Shown here: positions 31,101 to 40,617 of the stretch, one piece after another
How positions within the stretch are numbered: the first letter of the stretch is position 1
Layout of the letters: each line of letters opens with the position of its first letter
Position numbers and translations under genes: made by a program
The notes under the pieces: generated by a model
Databases searched by the model: none
What the model saw: only the letters and a program-made list of their open reading frames with translations
What the model was told of the DNA's origin: nothing
Assembly: GCA_030148865.1 (NCBI GenBank)
Contig: JASBSR010000007.1
Span: 642 to 64,641 of the forward strand
DNA length: 64,000 nucleotides
Reading direction: 5' to 3'
Source of the DNA: Gammaproteobacteria bacterium
GTDB taxonomy: Bacteria; Pseudomonadota; Gammaproteobacteria; SZUA-229

Positions 31101-31665
31101 GCCACAGGAAACGGGTGAAAATAAATACCGCAGAAAAAACAGCAGAGAATTTAGACTGGCTGGTCTGGTGGTTAGCATGCGCGCGCGCAAAACCCAGCGC
31201 GGTAGCAAGTTAATTACCGCAGTACTGGATGATCGCACTGCGCGTATTGAAATGGTAGTTTACGAAGAAGTCAGTCAGAAATATGGGCATTTGCTGACAC
31301 GCGACAAATGCCTGGTGGTGGAAGGTGCGGTGAGTTACGATGATTTTAGCGCCGGTTATAGAATTACTGCTAATACGATTTATGACATGACCCAGGCGCG
31401 CGAACATTTTTCGCGTTGTCTGGAGATTCATGTCGATAAACGCAAGCTCAACGGCAACTGGTCGGATGAGACCATGCTGACAAATATCAGCGATGTTTTG
31501 CAAACCTACCGCGAAGGTAGCTGTCCGGTGTGTATCGAATATAATAGCGGGGCAGAGGTCACGCGCATGGCGCTGGGCGAAGGCTGGAAAGTGCGGCCGA
31601 CGGATGAATTGCTGACACGACTACGCACTGTGTTCGCCGATGATCAGGTGAAAGTGGTTTATTAG
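28144..31665 (+). CDS. dnaE: DNA polymerase III alpha subunit
   Basis: The 1173-aa protein is colinear with E. coli DnaE (PHP domain FVHLRVHTEYS, the polymerase core and the OB-fold region). GTG start at 28144. Confidence 0.9.
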   Translation: MTAEPSFVHLRVHTEYSLVDGVVRVKPLMQTVSEAGMPAVALTDQSNLFAMVKFTRAALAAGIKPIIGVDAWVRSDDEQAQPYRMVLLCQNRAGYLNLAQLISKSYLEGQHGGVPMMQASWIAEYGHGLIALASARDSDVGIALLSGQQDLAAVRVAHWQSIFGDRYYLELQRTGRENEEFYIVEAVNLAIKTDTPVVATNDVRFLRADDFDAHEVRVCIHDGRTLDDPRRSHHYSPQQYLRTPEEMQVLFADIPEALANSVAIAQRCNLETRLGESFLPQFPIPEGNTAEGFFADEARKGLELRLAKLLDPVAEDYAARRAEYDARLQIEIDVISKMDFPGYFLVVADFIRWAKENGIPVGPGRGSGAGSLVAYAMGITDLDPLHFDLLFERFLNPERVSLPDFDIDFCMEGRDRVIDYVASKYGRDSVSQIITYGSMAAKAVVRDVGRVMGQPYGFVDRIAKMIPFEIGMTLSKALEESEDLKTAYDSEEEITMIIDMALSLEGLSRNAGKHAGGVVISPTVLTDFTPLYCEEGGNSVVTQFDKDDVEAVGLVKFDFLGLRTLTIIDWAVKHINRRRQLSDEDPLDITELTLDDVETFKLLQAANTTAVFQLESRGMKDLIKRLRPDNFEDIIALVALFRPGPLQSGMVDDFINRKHGRMKVEYPHPDLEPILQPTYGVILYQEQVMQIAQVLAGYTLGGADMLRRAMGKKKPEEMEKQRVLFMEGAVARGVDAKQATYIFDLMEKFAGYGFNKSHSAAYALLSYQTAWLKQQYPAEFMAAVLSADMDNTDKVVALIEDCHGQGLEVNPPDINASIYQFSVPDPKTVLYGLGAIKGVGEAALEGIIAEREARGVFADLYDFCKRSDTRKVNRRVMEALIKAGALDGMGANRASLMASLNNVLQLAEKSQKDALAGQDDMFGDVAVADARDSVHMIEVADWDDELRLSNEKETLGLYLTGHPIERYEAEIRQFTDSTLANIADLVPQETGENKYRRKNSREFRLAGLVVSMRARKTQRGSKLITAVLDDRTARIEMVVYEEVSQKYGHLLTRDKCLVVEGAVSYDDFSAGYRITANTIYDMTQAREHFSRCLEIHVDKRKLNGNWSDETMLTNISDVLQTYREGSCPVCIEYNSGAEVTRMALGEGWKVRPTDELLTRLRTVFADDQVKVVY

Positions 31666-31860
31666 GTAAAGTCAAAGGCTTTCGCTACAGAGACGTCGAG
31701 AACACAGAGGAAAAGCATTATTTTCGTGGCAACGCTGACGCTACTTAATCTGTCATTTCGGCATTTCCCGGAATGACGAAAAGGAAACATTATTACATTA
31801 TTCTCGGTATTTTGTGGGTTCACTTTAAGTTTTTAATCATTCACCTGTATAACTTTAATC

Positions 31861-33216
31861 ATGCAGCAAAATTTTCGTCGTACTCGACACCGATTTTTCA
31901 AGCGCAATCTCTGGCGCACCCGTATCCTGTTCTGGGGTGGTGCGATTCTGGTGGGTTTATTCGCGGCTCTGTTTGCGATAATGGCAAATCAAGCGGACCA
32001 CAGTTTTCGTGATCTGGTTGCCTACAATAAATATCTCCCATTAATTGTTACCCCGCTGGGGCTGGTGCTAACCGCCTATATCACACGTCGTTTTTTCGCC
32101 GGTGCGGAAGGTAGCGGGATTCCGCAAACTTTGGTTGCATTAAAAAATACCAGCGGCAGCCTGAGTCAGAGGTTGCTTTCGATACGCGTGGTTATCGGTA
32201 AAGTGTTGATGTGTGTGCTTGGTTTGCTGAGTGGTGCTTCGATCGGGCGTGAAGGCCCCACCGTGCATCTTGGCGCTGCGGTTATGTACAGCCTGGGCCG
32301 TTACGCGCATATTCCGGGCAATTATCTGGAGCGAGGTTTAATCATGGCCGGTGGCGGCGCGGGTATCACGGCAGCATTCAATACTCCGCTGGCGGGAATT
32401 ATTTTTGCGATTGAAGAAATGGGGCGTTCATTTGATCCCCGTAATAGCAGTTTGATTGTGATTGCGGTGATTTTTGCCGGGATGACGGCACTGCTGGTGC
32501 ATCAGAGCAATTATGATTATTACGGCACCTCACCAGCAGAACTTGATTTTAGCTGGGTCTGGTTGGGCGTCATAATCTGTGGTGTTACTGGTGGGTTACT
32601 TGGTGGTGGTTTTAGCCAGTTGCTGATTTCGGGCTCGCGGCGTCTGGTTCCGGTGATGAAGCAGCGCTGGTTGCTGGTGGCGCTTGCCTGTGGGCTGACA
32701 CTTGCCATCATCGGTTTACTGAGTGATGGTCTTTCCTATGGTACCGGCTATACTGAGGCCAAAGCCATTGTCAGTTGCACAGGCAGCGACAGCTGTCACG
32801 CGAATTTGGGTTTGTTTTATCCTTTGTATAAGTTACTCGCGACAATGATTTCGTATCTCAGTGGTATTCCCGGTGGAATTTTTGCACCATCGCTTGCCAC
32901 CGGTGCGGGTCTGGGGCGCGACATCGCGATGTTGTTCCCGGTTGAGCTGGCGTCGACTATTGTTGTGCTCGGTATGGTGGCATATTTTTCTGGCGTAGTA
33001 CAGGCGCCAATCACTGCCTTTGTGATTGTCATGGAAATGACCGACAATCAGAATCTGATGTTGGCGATGATGGCAACATCATTACTTGCTTCAGGGGCAT
33101 CAAAGTTAATCTGTAGAAAATCGATATACAGCGCACTTGCCGAAAACTTTGTGCATGCGCTGAGTCAGGAAAAGAAAGAACACATTGATAGTGCGGCGGT
33201 AAAGCTGAATAAATAA
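31861..33216 (+). CDS. ClC-family voltage-gated chloride channel (ClcB-like)
   Basis: ClC selectivity motifs are present (GSGIPQ, GREGP, GIFAPS). About 10-12 TM segments. Confidence 0.8.
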   Translation: MQQNFRRTRHRFFKRNLWRTRILFWGGAILVGLFAALFAIMANQADHSFRDLVAYNKYLPLIVTPLGLVLTAYITRRFFAGAEGSGIPQTLVALKNTSGSLSQRLLSIRVVIGKVLMCVLGLLSGASIGREGPTVHLGAAVMYSLGRYAHIPGNYLERGLIMAGGGAGITAAFNTPLAGIIFAIEEMGRSFDPRNSSLIVIAVIFAGMTALLVHQSNYDYYGTSPAELDFSWVWLGVIICGVTGGLLGGGFSQLLISGSRRLVPVMKQRWLLVALACGLTLAIIGLLSDGLSYGTGYTEAKAIVSCTGSDSCHANLGLFYPLYKLLATMISYLSGIPGGIFAPSLATGAGLGRDIAMLFPVELASTIVVLGMVAYFSGVVQAPITAFVIVMEMTDNQNLMLAMMATSLLASGASKLICRKSIYSALAENFVHALSQEKKEHIDSAAVKLNK

Positions 33217-33748
33217 GAATCATCGACCTGTTATGTGCGCTCGCTCAGCTGAACTTTGGTCAGACTCAGGGGCCAATGAATATCTGCTGACTCCTGAAAC
33301 GGCCATAGATATACCAGTTGGCAGGCTTGTATATCTTTTAAAATACTTCTAATATACAACACATGTACAGAATTACTGGCCATATATTGATATTTTTCAT
33401 CATATTCGCAAACCTCGCGTGGGCGGTAGATGCAGATGCCTTTCGTTTACCAAAACCGATCCAGACAAAGCGCTGTTTTTCTGTAAAGATTCTCATATAA
33501 GCTCTGACACCCAACACGAGCAGCAGCAAGATGCGTTCTGCCATCATTGCTGCCATGCAAGTGCGCACTATACTGCTATTACGGAAGATGGATTTACTTC
33601 TTCAATAAATGCAGAACATGATATTTATCTTGCGCATGTAAAATTCTTTCGGACTCGCGATAAAGAGCCCCCTGTACAACCCCCCAATATTTAAGTCCCG
33701 GTAGACCCATGAGTAAGGCGTCGCAGTTTATGCGGTGCTGTTTCTTGT

Positions 33749-35053
33749 TTGTTGTCTGGAGATTTGAATATGTATGCACACCTACAACGGTGGCCATTGC
33801 TACTATCCTTAGCTAGCACGCTGTTATTGTTCTGCAGTGGCGCAGTTAATGCAGAAAAAACTATTATCGAGCTACCGCCGAGTCCGATTTTGCGTAGCCT
33901 GATTAATGAAACACTGCAAAATAATCCTGGTATTCGTTCTGCAAGAGCGGCTGTCAATGCCGCGGCTGCACGTGTTCACGGTGCGGATCAGCCTTTGTAT
34001 AACCCGGAACTGGAACTGGCTGCCGATCAGGCAGAAACGCGCACAGGTACAGTTGGGCTGAGTCAAGCTATCGACTGGGTCGATAAACGTGGTGCGCGCA
34101 CAGATGTTGCGAGTGCGGAGCTGTCGGCACAACGAGCTGAGTATGACGCTGCGCGGCAAAAGCTTATTGGTGAGCTGATTTCTGCGCTCGCCAACTACCA
34201 TACGGCAGATGCCATACATCAACTGGCAAATCAGCGTATGTCATTAATGCAGCGCTTCCTTGATTTGGCTGAGCAGCGTCAGCGTGCCGGTGATCTAAGT
34301 CAGGTGGAACTCAATCTTGCGAAGCTCGCGCACACGCAAACTGTGCTTCAGTTATCCCAAATTACGTCAAATCTGTCCGATGCTATGCAGTCGCTTGTTG
34401 CCGTTACCGGAAAAGCAGATCAGCAATGGCCGGCATTGCCATCTGATATTCCTGCATTGAATGAATTTGATACAGCATCATTACTGAATGGGTTGCCAGA
34501 AATCAATATGTATAAAGCACGAGTGAATGCTGCACATGCTGCGATGGAATTACGTAATCGAGAGCGCAGTGCTGACCCGAAAATTGGTTTGCGTGCTGGC
34601 AAAGAATGGATCTATCGAAATAATAATGATGAAAGTTTTGGTGCCACAGGTTTAACTTTAAGTGTGCCACTATATGTACGCAACACCTTTAAAGCCGAGG
34701 TCGACGCAGCTAATGAAGATCTGATTCAGGCTCAGGCCTTATTGCAGGAGCGTTATCTGCGAGCACAGACGCAACTGTTATCGAGCGCTGAACGATTTCG
34801 ATTGAGTCGGGCTGCATGGAATGCATGGTTACGTACCGGGCAACCCAGTATTAGTAGTCAGGTGGCCTTGCTCGAACGTATCTGGCAGTCCGGTGAAATG
34901 AGCACGACAGATTATCTGGTGCAATTACAGCAAACACTTGAAACCCGAGCTGATGCGCTGAGTGTGCAGGGCCGACTCTGGACTGCATGGGCTGACTGGT
35001 TAGTCTCTAGCGGTCAAATGACAACCTGGCTAGGTGAGGACAATGCACAGTAA
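33749..35053 (+). CDS. czcC: Outer membrane efflux protein (TolC/CzcC family), heavy-metal RND outer membrane factor
   Basis: Signal peptide and two OEP repeats. It sits immediately upstream of the adaptor and the CzcA-type pump, and overlaps the next gene. Confidence 0.75.
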   Translation: MLSGDLNMYAHLQRWPLLLSLASTLLLFCSGAVNAEKTIIELPPSPILRSLINETLQNNPGIRSARAAVNAAAARVHGADQPLYNPELELAADQAETRTGTVGLSQAIDWVDKRGARTDVASAELSAQRAEYDAARQKLIGELISALANYHTADAIHQLANQRMSLMQRFLDLAEQRQRAGDLSQVELNLAKLAHTQTVLQLSQITSNLSDAMQSLVAVTGKADQQWPALPSDIPALNEFDTASLLNGLPEINMYKARVNAAHAAMELRNRERSADPKIGLRAGKEWIYRNNNDESFGATGLTLSVPLYVRNTFKAEVDAANEDLIQAQALLQERYLRAQTQLLSSAERFRLSRAAWNAWLRTGQPSISSQVALLERIWQSGEMSTTDYLVQLQQTLETRADALSVQGRLWTAWADWLVSSGQMTTWLGEDNAQ

Positions 35054-36224
35054 ACCACAATTCGAATACCGACAATCGTTCTGGAGATTAGACATGAAGC
35101 AATTTATTGCAGGGGCGCTAATGTTGTCACTGATATTTACCGGCCTGATAGCTCCAGGCCCGAGTCTGGCAGAGTCGGGTAAAGATGAGGCTAACGGCTC
35201 GCATAAAGAAGATGGCACGATCAAAATGAGCACGGCTGAGCGTGTGGCTAGAGGTGTAAAAACATCTGTTGTGAGCCAACGCGCGCTCAGTGAAATCATT
35301 ACTGCGCCCGGCGAGGTGGTGATCAATGCTTACCGCTCGGCAAAAATTACGCCACGTGTTGGTGCGCAGGTGGTGGCGCGTCATGCGCGGCTAGGTGAGG
35401 CGGTTACACGTGATCAGGCGCTGGTGACATTATCCAGTGTTGAAGTTGCGCAGGCGCAAGGTGATTTAATTGTAAGTGACCAGGAGTGGCAGCGTGTTAA
35501 AGCACTGGGTAGCAAAGTGGTTTCGCAAAAGCGTTATATCTCTGCTCAGGTAGCCAGACAACGCGCGTATGCGACAGTGCGCGCCTATGGTATGTCCAAA
35601 TCACAGATTAAAGCATTGTTACAAAGCAATGATGCTGCCCGTGCAACGGGAGAGTTCGATCTGTTTTCACCTCAGGATGGCAGGGTGATTAGCGATGCCT
35701 TTATTGTAGGTGAATACGTCAGCCCTGGTCAGGTATTGCTGGAAGTCACGGATGTTGAAACACCCTGGGTGATTGCACAACTAAACCCTCAGGATTCTGC
35801 AAGAGTCCAGGTTGGTGCAAAAGTCAGCGTGAGTCGAGATGGCAAAACATGGCTGGATGGAAAAGTGGTGCAGCAGTATTACCGGTTAGACGAAGCAACA
35901 CGCACGCATCCAGTGCGTATTGAGATCAGTAACAGTCAGATAAATTTAGCTGCAGGCGAATATGTTGATGTCGCTATTGAAACTACAGACGCTTCATCGT
36001 CTTTAGCAGTACCCAAGCAGGCGCTGCTATTAATGCGTGGGATGCCGACAGTGTTCAAGCTTGAAGGTGATGTATTGCGTCCGCAAGCAGTGGAAACAGG
36101 CGTAACACGCGCAGGCTGGACCGAAATAAAGTCAGGTCTAACGATTGGTGATGTGATTGTTACCGAAGGCGCATTCTTGCTGAAATCGTTGGCGCTCAAG
36201 TCACAAATGGGCGAGGGCCACTAG
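35034..36224 (+). CDS. czcB: Heavy-metal efflux RND periplasmic adaptor (membrane fusion protein, CzcB/CusB family)
   Basis: HlyD/biotin-lipoyl/beta-barrel adaptor architecture between czcC and czcA. The start is uncertain, with an alternative ATG at about 35091 (MKQFIAG). Confidence 0.75.
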   Translation: MRTMHSKPQFEYRQSFWRLDMKQFIAGALMLSLIFTGLIAPGPSLAESGKDEANGSHKEDGTIKMSTAERVARGVKTSVVSQRALSEIITAPGEVVINAYRSAKITPRVGAQVVARHARLGEAVTRDQALVTLSSVEVAQAQGDLIVSDQEWQRVKALGSKVVSQKRYISAQVARQRAYATVRAYGMSKSQIKALLQSNDAARATGEFDLFSPQDGRVISDAFIVGEYVSPGQVLLEVTDVETPWVIAQLNPQDSARVQVGAKVSVSRDGKTWLDGKVVQQYYRLDEATRTHPVRIEISNSQINLAAGEYVDVAIETTDASSSLAVPKQALLLMRGMPTVFKLEGDVLRPQAVETGVTRAGWTEIKSGLTIGDVIVTEGAFLLKSLALKSQMGEGH

Positions 36225-36248
36225 GCCTGGATAACTGAGGTATCTATT

Positions 36249-39200
36249 ATGTTAAACCGTTTAGTTGAAGCGTCATTACGCTATAAATTTCTTGTTATTA
36301 TAATTTTTCTGGTGGTTGCAGCATTAGGCTGGCGTGCAGTCACAAGCATCCCGATTGATGCATTTCCTGATGTCACGCCTGTGCAGGTAAATATTTATAC
36401 TGAATCACCAGGTCTGGCGGCAGAAGATGTCGAGCAATTGCTTACGTTTCCGGTTGAATCGGGTATGGCAGGTTTGCCTGGTGTTTCCGATATCCGTTCG
36501 GTCAGTCTATTCGGGCTTTCATACGTGTCGGTATATTTTGAAGATAGTATAGACATTTATTTTGCGCGCAGGCTGGTGATGGAGCGTTTGCAGGAAGTTA
36601 GTAATCGCATGCCGAGCGAATATGGTAAACCTGTAATGGGGCCCAATACCTCGGGTCTGGGCCAGGTATTCTGGTACACCGTGGAGCGTGCCGATGAAAA
36701 GCTGGCTTCAGGTCTGAGTGATATGGATCTACGCACTATCCAGGACTGGACGGTGCGACTTATTTTACGCACTGCACCTGGAGTCGATGATGTTATGTCA
36801 TGGGGTGGGCAGGAGCGTCAGTTTCAGGTGGTGATCGATCCGTTGCGCCTGATCAAGTATGGGCTTGGTTACAAAGACGTGATGAATGTAATCGAGGCCA
36901 ACAATCGTCAGGTCGGGGGGCAGTACGTTAATCTCGGCCCGGAACAATACCTTGTACGTGGCCTGGGTCTGGTCGAAAACGAACGTGACATCGGCAATAT
37001 CATGATTAAAGTGGTCGCTGGTACAGCGATATATCTACGTGATATAGCGGTAATCAAGCAGGCACCTGCGTTGCGTTTTGGCGCTGTGACTCGTGATGGT
37101 AAAGAAGTTGTGCTGGGTATGGCGTTGTCGCGCATAGGAACAAATGCTGCGAATGTGGTCGATGCAGTTAAGAAAAAAGTCGAGATCACGCAGTCAACTC
37201 TGCCAGATAACGTCATAATAAAACCGATCTACGAACGCACTGAGCTAGTCGATAAGGCAGTATCAACTGCGACCAATGCCCTGATCGAAGGCTCGATTCT
37301 GGTGGCAATCGTTCTGTTTTTGTTCCTCGGCGAACTGCGCTCAGCGATTGTCGTGATTGCGGCCTTACCGCTAGCAATGCTAATTGCATTTATTTTTATG
37401 AAACAGGCAGGGCTTTCAGCCAATTTAATGTCACTGGCAGGTCTGGCGATTGGGATTGGTATGATGGTCGATGGCGCAGTAGTCATGACTGAAAATGCTT
37501 TCCGTATTATGGCGGAGTGGCGCGAACGAGGTGAGAAAGTTGATAGGACAGCGGCAGTACTGACCGCAGCGCGCGAGGTGGCAAATCCAATGGCATTTGC
37601 CATCATGATTATTATTGTGGTGTTTTTGCCACTGTTTAGTTTGCAGGGTCTGGAAGGTAAGCTGTTTAAGCCAATGGCATTTAATATCAGTTTTGCCATG
37701 GCGGGCTCGTTGCTGTTAACACTCACGGTTATTCCAGTACTGGCAGCGTTAATACTCAAACCGAAGGAAGAACGAGATACGCGCCTTGTTGCCTGGATTA
37801 AACGTGGATATCTGCCTTTACTGGCGTGGTCGTTGGAAAACAAGAAAAAAATCGTGGTGTCAGCAGTGGCGCTGCTACTGTCAAGTCTCACGTTATTCCC
37901 GTTCCTGGGTAAAGAATTCATGCCGCAATTGCAGGAAGGTTCGATTATGTGGCGTGTCACATCAATCCCTTCCACTTCGTTAGAGCAGTCAATAGCCATC
38001 TCGAAAACCATCGAAAACACTCTGTCTGGATTTCCTGAGGTCGAAACCACGGTCGCGATGATCGGTCGTGCCGAAAAAGGTGAGACCGCCGATGTCAATT
38101 ATATGGAGGTTTATACGGCACTAAAGCCAAAAGGTAGCTGGAAGCGTTCCATATCGGAGCTGGCTGATGCCATGCATCAGAAGCTGGAAAAAGCTGTGCC
38201 GACTGCGGTGATCGCATTTACCCAGCCGATTCAGATGCGGGTCGAAGAGTTGATCTCAGGTGTTCGCGCTACACTGGCAATCAAGCTGTATGGCCAGGAT
38301 CTGTCAGAACTTGATCGGTTAAGCTCGGAAATAAAGAATGCAGTGGCGACAGTTCGCGGGGTCGCCGATCTTTCACTGGAAGCTAATATCGGTAAACCGC
38401 AGATACGTATCAAAGTCAATCGTGAAGCGCTGGCACGTTACGGCCTGAATGCAGACGATGTGCTTACAGTGATCCGTACTGGCATTGGTAATCAACCTGT
38501 GTCGACTCTGATTGAAGGTGTCAAACGATTTGATATTACCGCGCGCATACAGGACGCTTCAAAAGAATCGGTTGAGGCGATCGGTAACATACCCTTGCTC
38601 ACCGCGAGTAAAGCGATCGTACCATTATCACGTGTGGCTGAAATAACCACAGCAGAAGGCTACTCATTTGTGCGTCGCGAACAATTGCAACGCTATGCCG
38701 TAATACAAATGGATGTGCGTGGACGCGATGTTGATGGTTTTGTGAAGGATGCTAATGCTGCAATTAGGAGCATGGTAAAAATCCCAACAGGTTACTGGAT
38801 GGAATGGGGCGGGGCATTTGAAAATCAGCAACGTGCCTTGCAGCGATTATCAATCATTGTACCACTGACAATTTTCTTTATTTTTGTCCTGTTGTATACC
38901 GCATTTAATTCTGTCAGGTTTGCGACGCTAATCATTGCCAATGTGCCGTTTGCTACTGTTGGGGGCTTGATCGCATTATTTATTAGCGGGCAGTATCTGT
39001 CAGTGCCATCTGCAATCGGTTTTATTGCGGTTTTCGGTGTGGCGATGCTCAATGGCATCGTGTTGGTCTCTTTCATTAATGAATTACGTGAAAAAGGCTA
39101 TACAGTTGCAGATGCCGTTCGCCATGGTGCAGAGCTTAGATTGCGCCCGGTGATGATGACAGCCAGTGTCGCTATTTTAGGTCTGGTACCTATGCTGCTG

Positions 39201-39344
39201 TCATCGGGTGTTGGCGCAGAGACTCAGCGGCCACTTGCAGCAGTGGTGGTTGGTGGGCTTGTGACATCGACGCTACTAACACTAGTGCTGTTGCCCGTCA
39301 TTTATGAATGGATGGAAACACGCAAACAGGATGGCAAGCAATGA
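36249..39344 (+). CDS. czcA: Heavy-metal efflux RND permease (CzcA/CusA family, HME-RND)
   Basis: The 1031-aa protein has an HME-type N-terminus (ASLRYKFLVIII...PIDAFPDVTPVQV) and 12-TM RND topology. Confidence 0.85.
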   Translation: MLNRLVEASLRYKFLVIIIFLVVAALGWRAVTSIPIDAFPDVTPVQVNIYTESPGLAAEDVEQLLTFPVESGMAGLPGVSDIRSVSLFGLSYVSVYFEDSIDIYFARRLVMERLQEVSNRMPSEYGKPVMGPNTSGLGQVFWYTVERADEKLASGLSDMDLRTIQDWTVRLILRTAPGVDDVMSWGGQERQFQVVIDPLRLIKYGLGYKDVMNVIEANNRQVGGQYVNLGPEQYLVRGLGLVENERDIGNIMIKVVAGTAIYLRDIAVIKQAPALRFGAVTRDGKEVVLGMALSRIGTNAANVVDAVKKKVEITQSTLPDNVIIKPIYERTELVDKAVSTATNALIEGSILVAIVLFLFLGELRSAIVVIAALPLAMLIAFIFMKQAGLSANLMSLAGLAIGIGMMVDGAVVMTENAFRIMAEWRERGEKVDRTAAVLTAAREVANPMAFAIMIIIVVFLPLFSLQGLEGKLFKPMAFNISFAMAGSLLLTLTVIPVLAALILKPKEERDTRLVAWIKRGYLPLLAWSLENKKKIVVSAVALLLSSLTLFPFLGKEFMPQLQEGSIMWRVTSIPSTSLEQSIAISKTIENTLSGFPEVETTVAMIGRAEKGETADVNYMEVYTALKPKGSWKRSISELADAMHQKLEKAVPTAVIAFTQPIQMRVEELISGVRATLAIKLYGQDLSELDRLSSEIKNAVATVRGVADLSLEANIGKPQIRIKVNREALARYGLNADDVLTVIRTGIGNQPVSTLIEGVKRFDITARIQDASKESVEAIGNIPLLTASKAIVPLSRVAEITTAEGYSFVRREQLQRYAVIQMDVRGRDVDGFVKDANAAIRSMVKIPTGYWMEWGGAFENQQRALQRLSIIVPLTIFFIFVLLYTAFNSVRFATLIIANVPFATVGGLIALFISGQYLSVPSAIGFIAVFGVAMLNGIVLVSFINELREKGYTVADAVRHGAELRLRPVMMTASVAILGLVPMLLSSGVGAETQRPLAAVVVGGLVTSTLLTLVLLPVIYEWMETRKQDGKQ

Positions 39345-39432
39345 TCGCAAATGACTGGGCGAGAATATACCAGGCTATTGGTCACTTTCGGACAATGGCA
39401 TTGATTAACTTACCTGGAAGGAGGGTCTTGCA

Positions 39433-39750
39433 ATGAAAGAGATTAAGGCATTCATACACCGTAATCGCGTTGCTGACGTAGTTCGTGCACTTGGTCGGGC
39501 GGGCTTCAGTAATTTGTCAGTTATTGATGTTAAAGGGTTACTCAATGCACTTGACACCAGGGAGCAGGATTATTCGACTGAAATTGGTTCTATGGTGATT
39601 ACCGAAGTCAAAATAGAACTGGTATGTCATGACGAAAATAGTACTGCTGAAGTGGTTCGTATTATTAGTGAACATGGTCGAACAGGTCAGCCGGAAGCTG
39701 GCTGGATTTACATCACTAATCTTCAGGCGGCGTTACAGATAAAAAACTGA
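39433..39750 (+). CDS. PII (GlnB)-like signal-transduction protein of the heavy-metal-pump-associated PII-NG group
   Basis: The 105-aa protein aligns to GlnB (MKEIKAFI...VIDVKG...KIELVC...GRTGQPEAGWIYITNL). Linkage of this PII-like clade to czcA/cusA is established. Confidence 0.7.
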   Translation: MKEIKAFIHRNRVADVVRALGRAGFSNLSVIDVKGLLNALDTREQDYSTEIGSMVITEVKIELVCHDENSTAEVVRIISEHGRTGQPEAGWIYITNLQAALQIKN

Positions 39751-39829
39751 TGCCTGGCGCAGGTTAAAATCTGTGATAGCAGGCAGGTATATTGTTTGCT
39801 GTCACAGTATATGCGTGCTCTGATAATTC

Positions 39830-39979
39830 ATGGGTGAATTAATCAGAGCTTCCCTGGAATATAAACCAAAGTGGCGGGGGTGGGTAGTAATTATTGCTGT
39901 GGTAGTATTTCCAAGTCTGTTCGCTGTTATTAAATACTCGCTGATAAATAAGCATCTGCTCGGTCACGAACAGTTTTAA
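39830..39979 (+). CDS. Possible small single-TM protein (49 aa), low confidence
   Basis: ATG ORF reading MGELIRASLEYKPKWRGWVVIIAVVVFPSLFAVIKYSLINKHLLGHEQF. It lies after a hairpin downstream of the PII-NG gene. No clear ribosome-binding site. Confidence 0.2.
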   Translation: MGELIRASLEYKPKWRGWVVIIAVVVFPSLFAVIKYSLINKHLLGHEQF

Positions 39980-40122
39980 ACGGGTTTTAATGGCTGAACT
40001 CTTACGGAGAAATATTATTAAATTCATCTCGTTTTGCGGTAACCAGAAAACTATTGAGCGTGCAAATAAGGTTTATACCCGCATATGACTCAATATGATG
40101 GTGGGTATTTTAAATATCATAT

Positions 40123-40617
40123 TTGTGTAACATAATATTCATTGAAATGAAATTTCATATTGTCAATATCAAACATGTCACGAATATTACTATGGTGAAT
40201 ACTATGTTTGATACAGCGATTGCACTGAAAAATAATGCCGATGTTATCGACAACAAGCCTTCTGAAACACAACTACTCTCTGCCTGGTTATTCGACCAGG
40301 ATGAGAAAATTAGCGCTGGCTGCCTGCTGGTCGATATCTCAGATGGCGGAGCCGCAATTCTAATTCCAGTTAATCAACCGGTACCAACCGAGGCTTTTGA
40401 TCTGGTGATTATGTCTTCCGAGGACAGACACGAGATACTTACCATTCTCGAAGCGGAGAAACGCTGGCTAGACACGGGTTATTCAACAACGCATAAAAAA
40501 ATGGGCGTGGAGTTTTTGCATCTTGATACAATTAAGTTACAGGTAATAAGCAGCTTGATTCAGTTGATGGAAACAAGAAAAAATAGCTCAATTGATTGCG
40601 ATGTTGTTAATATCTGA
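40123..40617 (+). CDS. PilZ-like domain protein (degenerate: DxSxGG present, RxxxR absent)
   Basis: LLVDISDGGAAILIP matches the PilZ (D/N)xSxxG motif. There is no upstream RxxxR. Start uncertain in an AT-rich leader. Confidence 0.4.
   Translation: MCNIIFIEMKFHIVNIKHVTNITMVNTMFDTAIALKNNADVIDNKPSETQLLSAWLFDQDEKISAGCLLVDISDGGAAILIPVNQPVPTEAFDLVIMSSEDRHEILTILEAEKRWLDTGYSTTHKKMGVEFLHLDTIKLQVISSLIQLMETRKNSSIDCDVVNI

Noticed and set aside
37229-38098. 289-aa minus-strand ORF inside czcA
   Set aside because: Antisense to a near-full-length RND permease match, with a Ser/Ala/Ile-rich low-complexity product.
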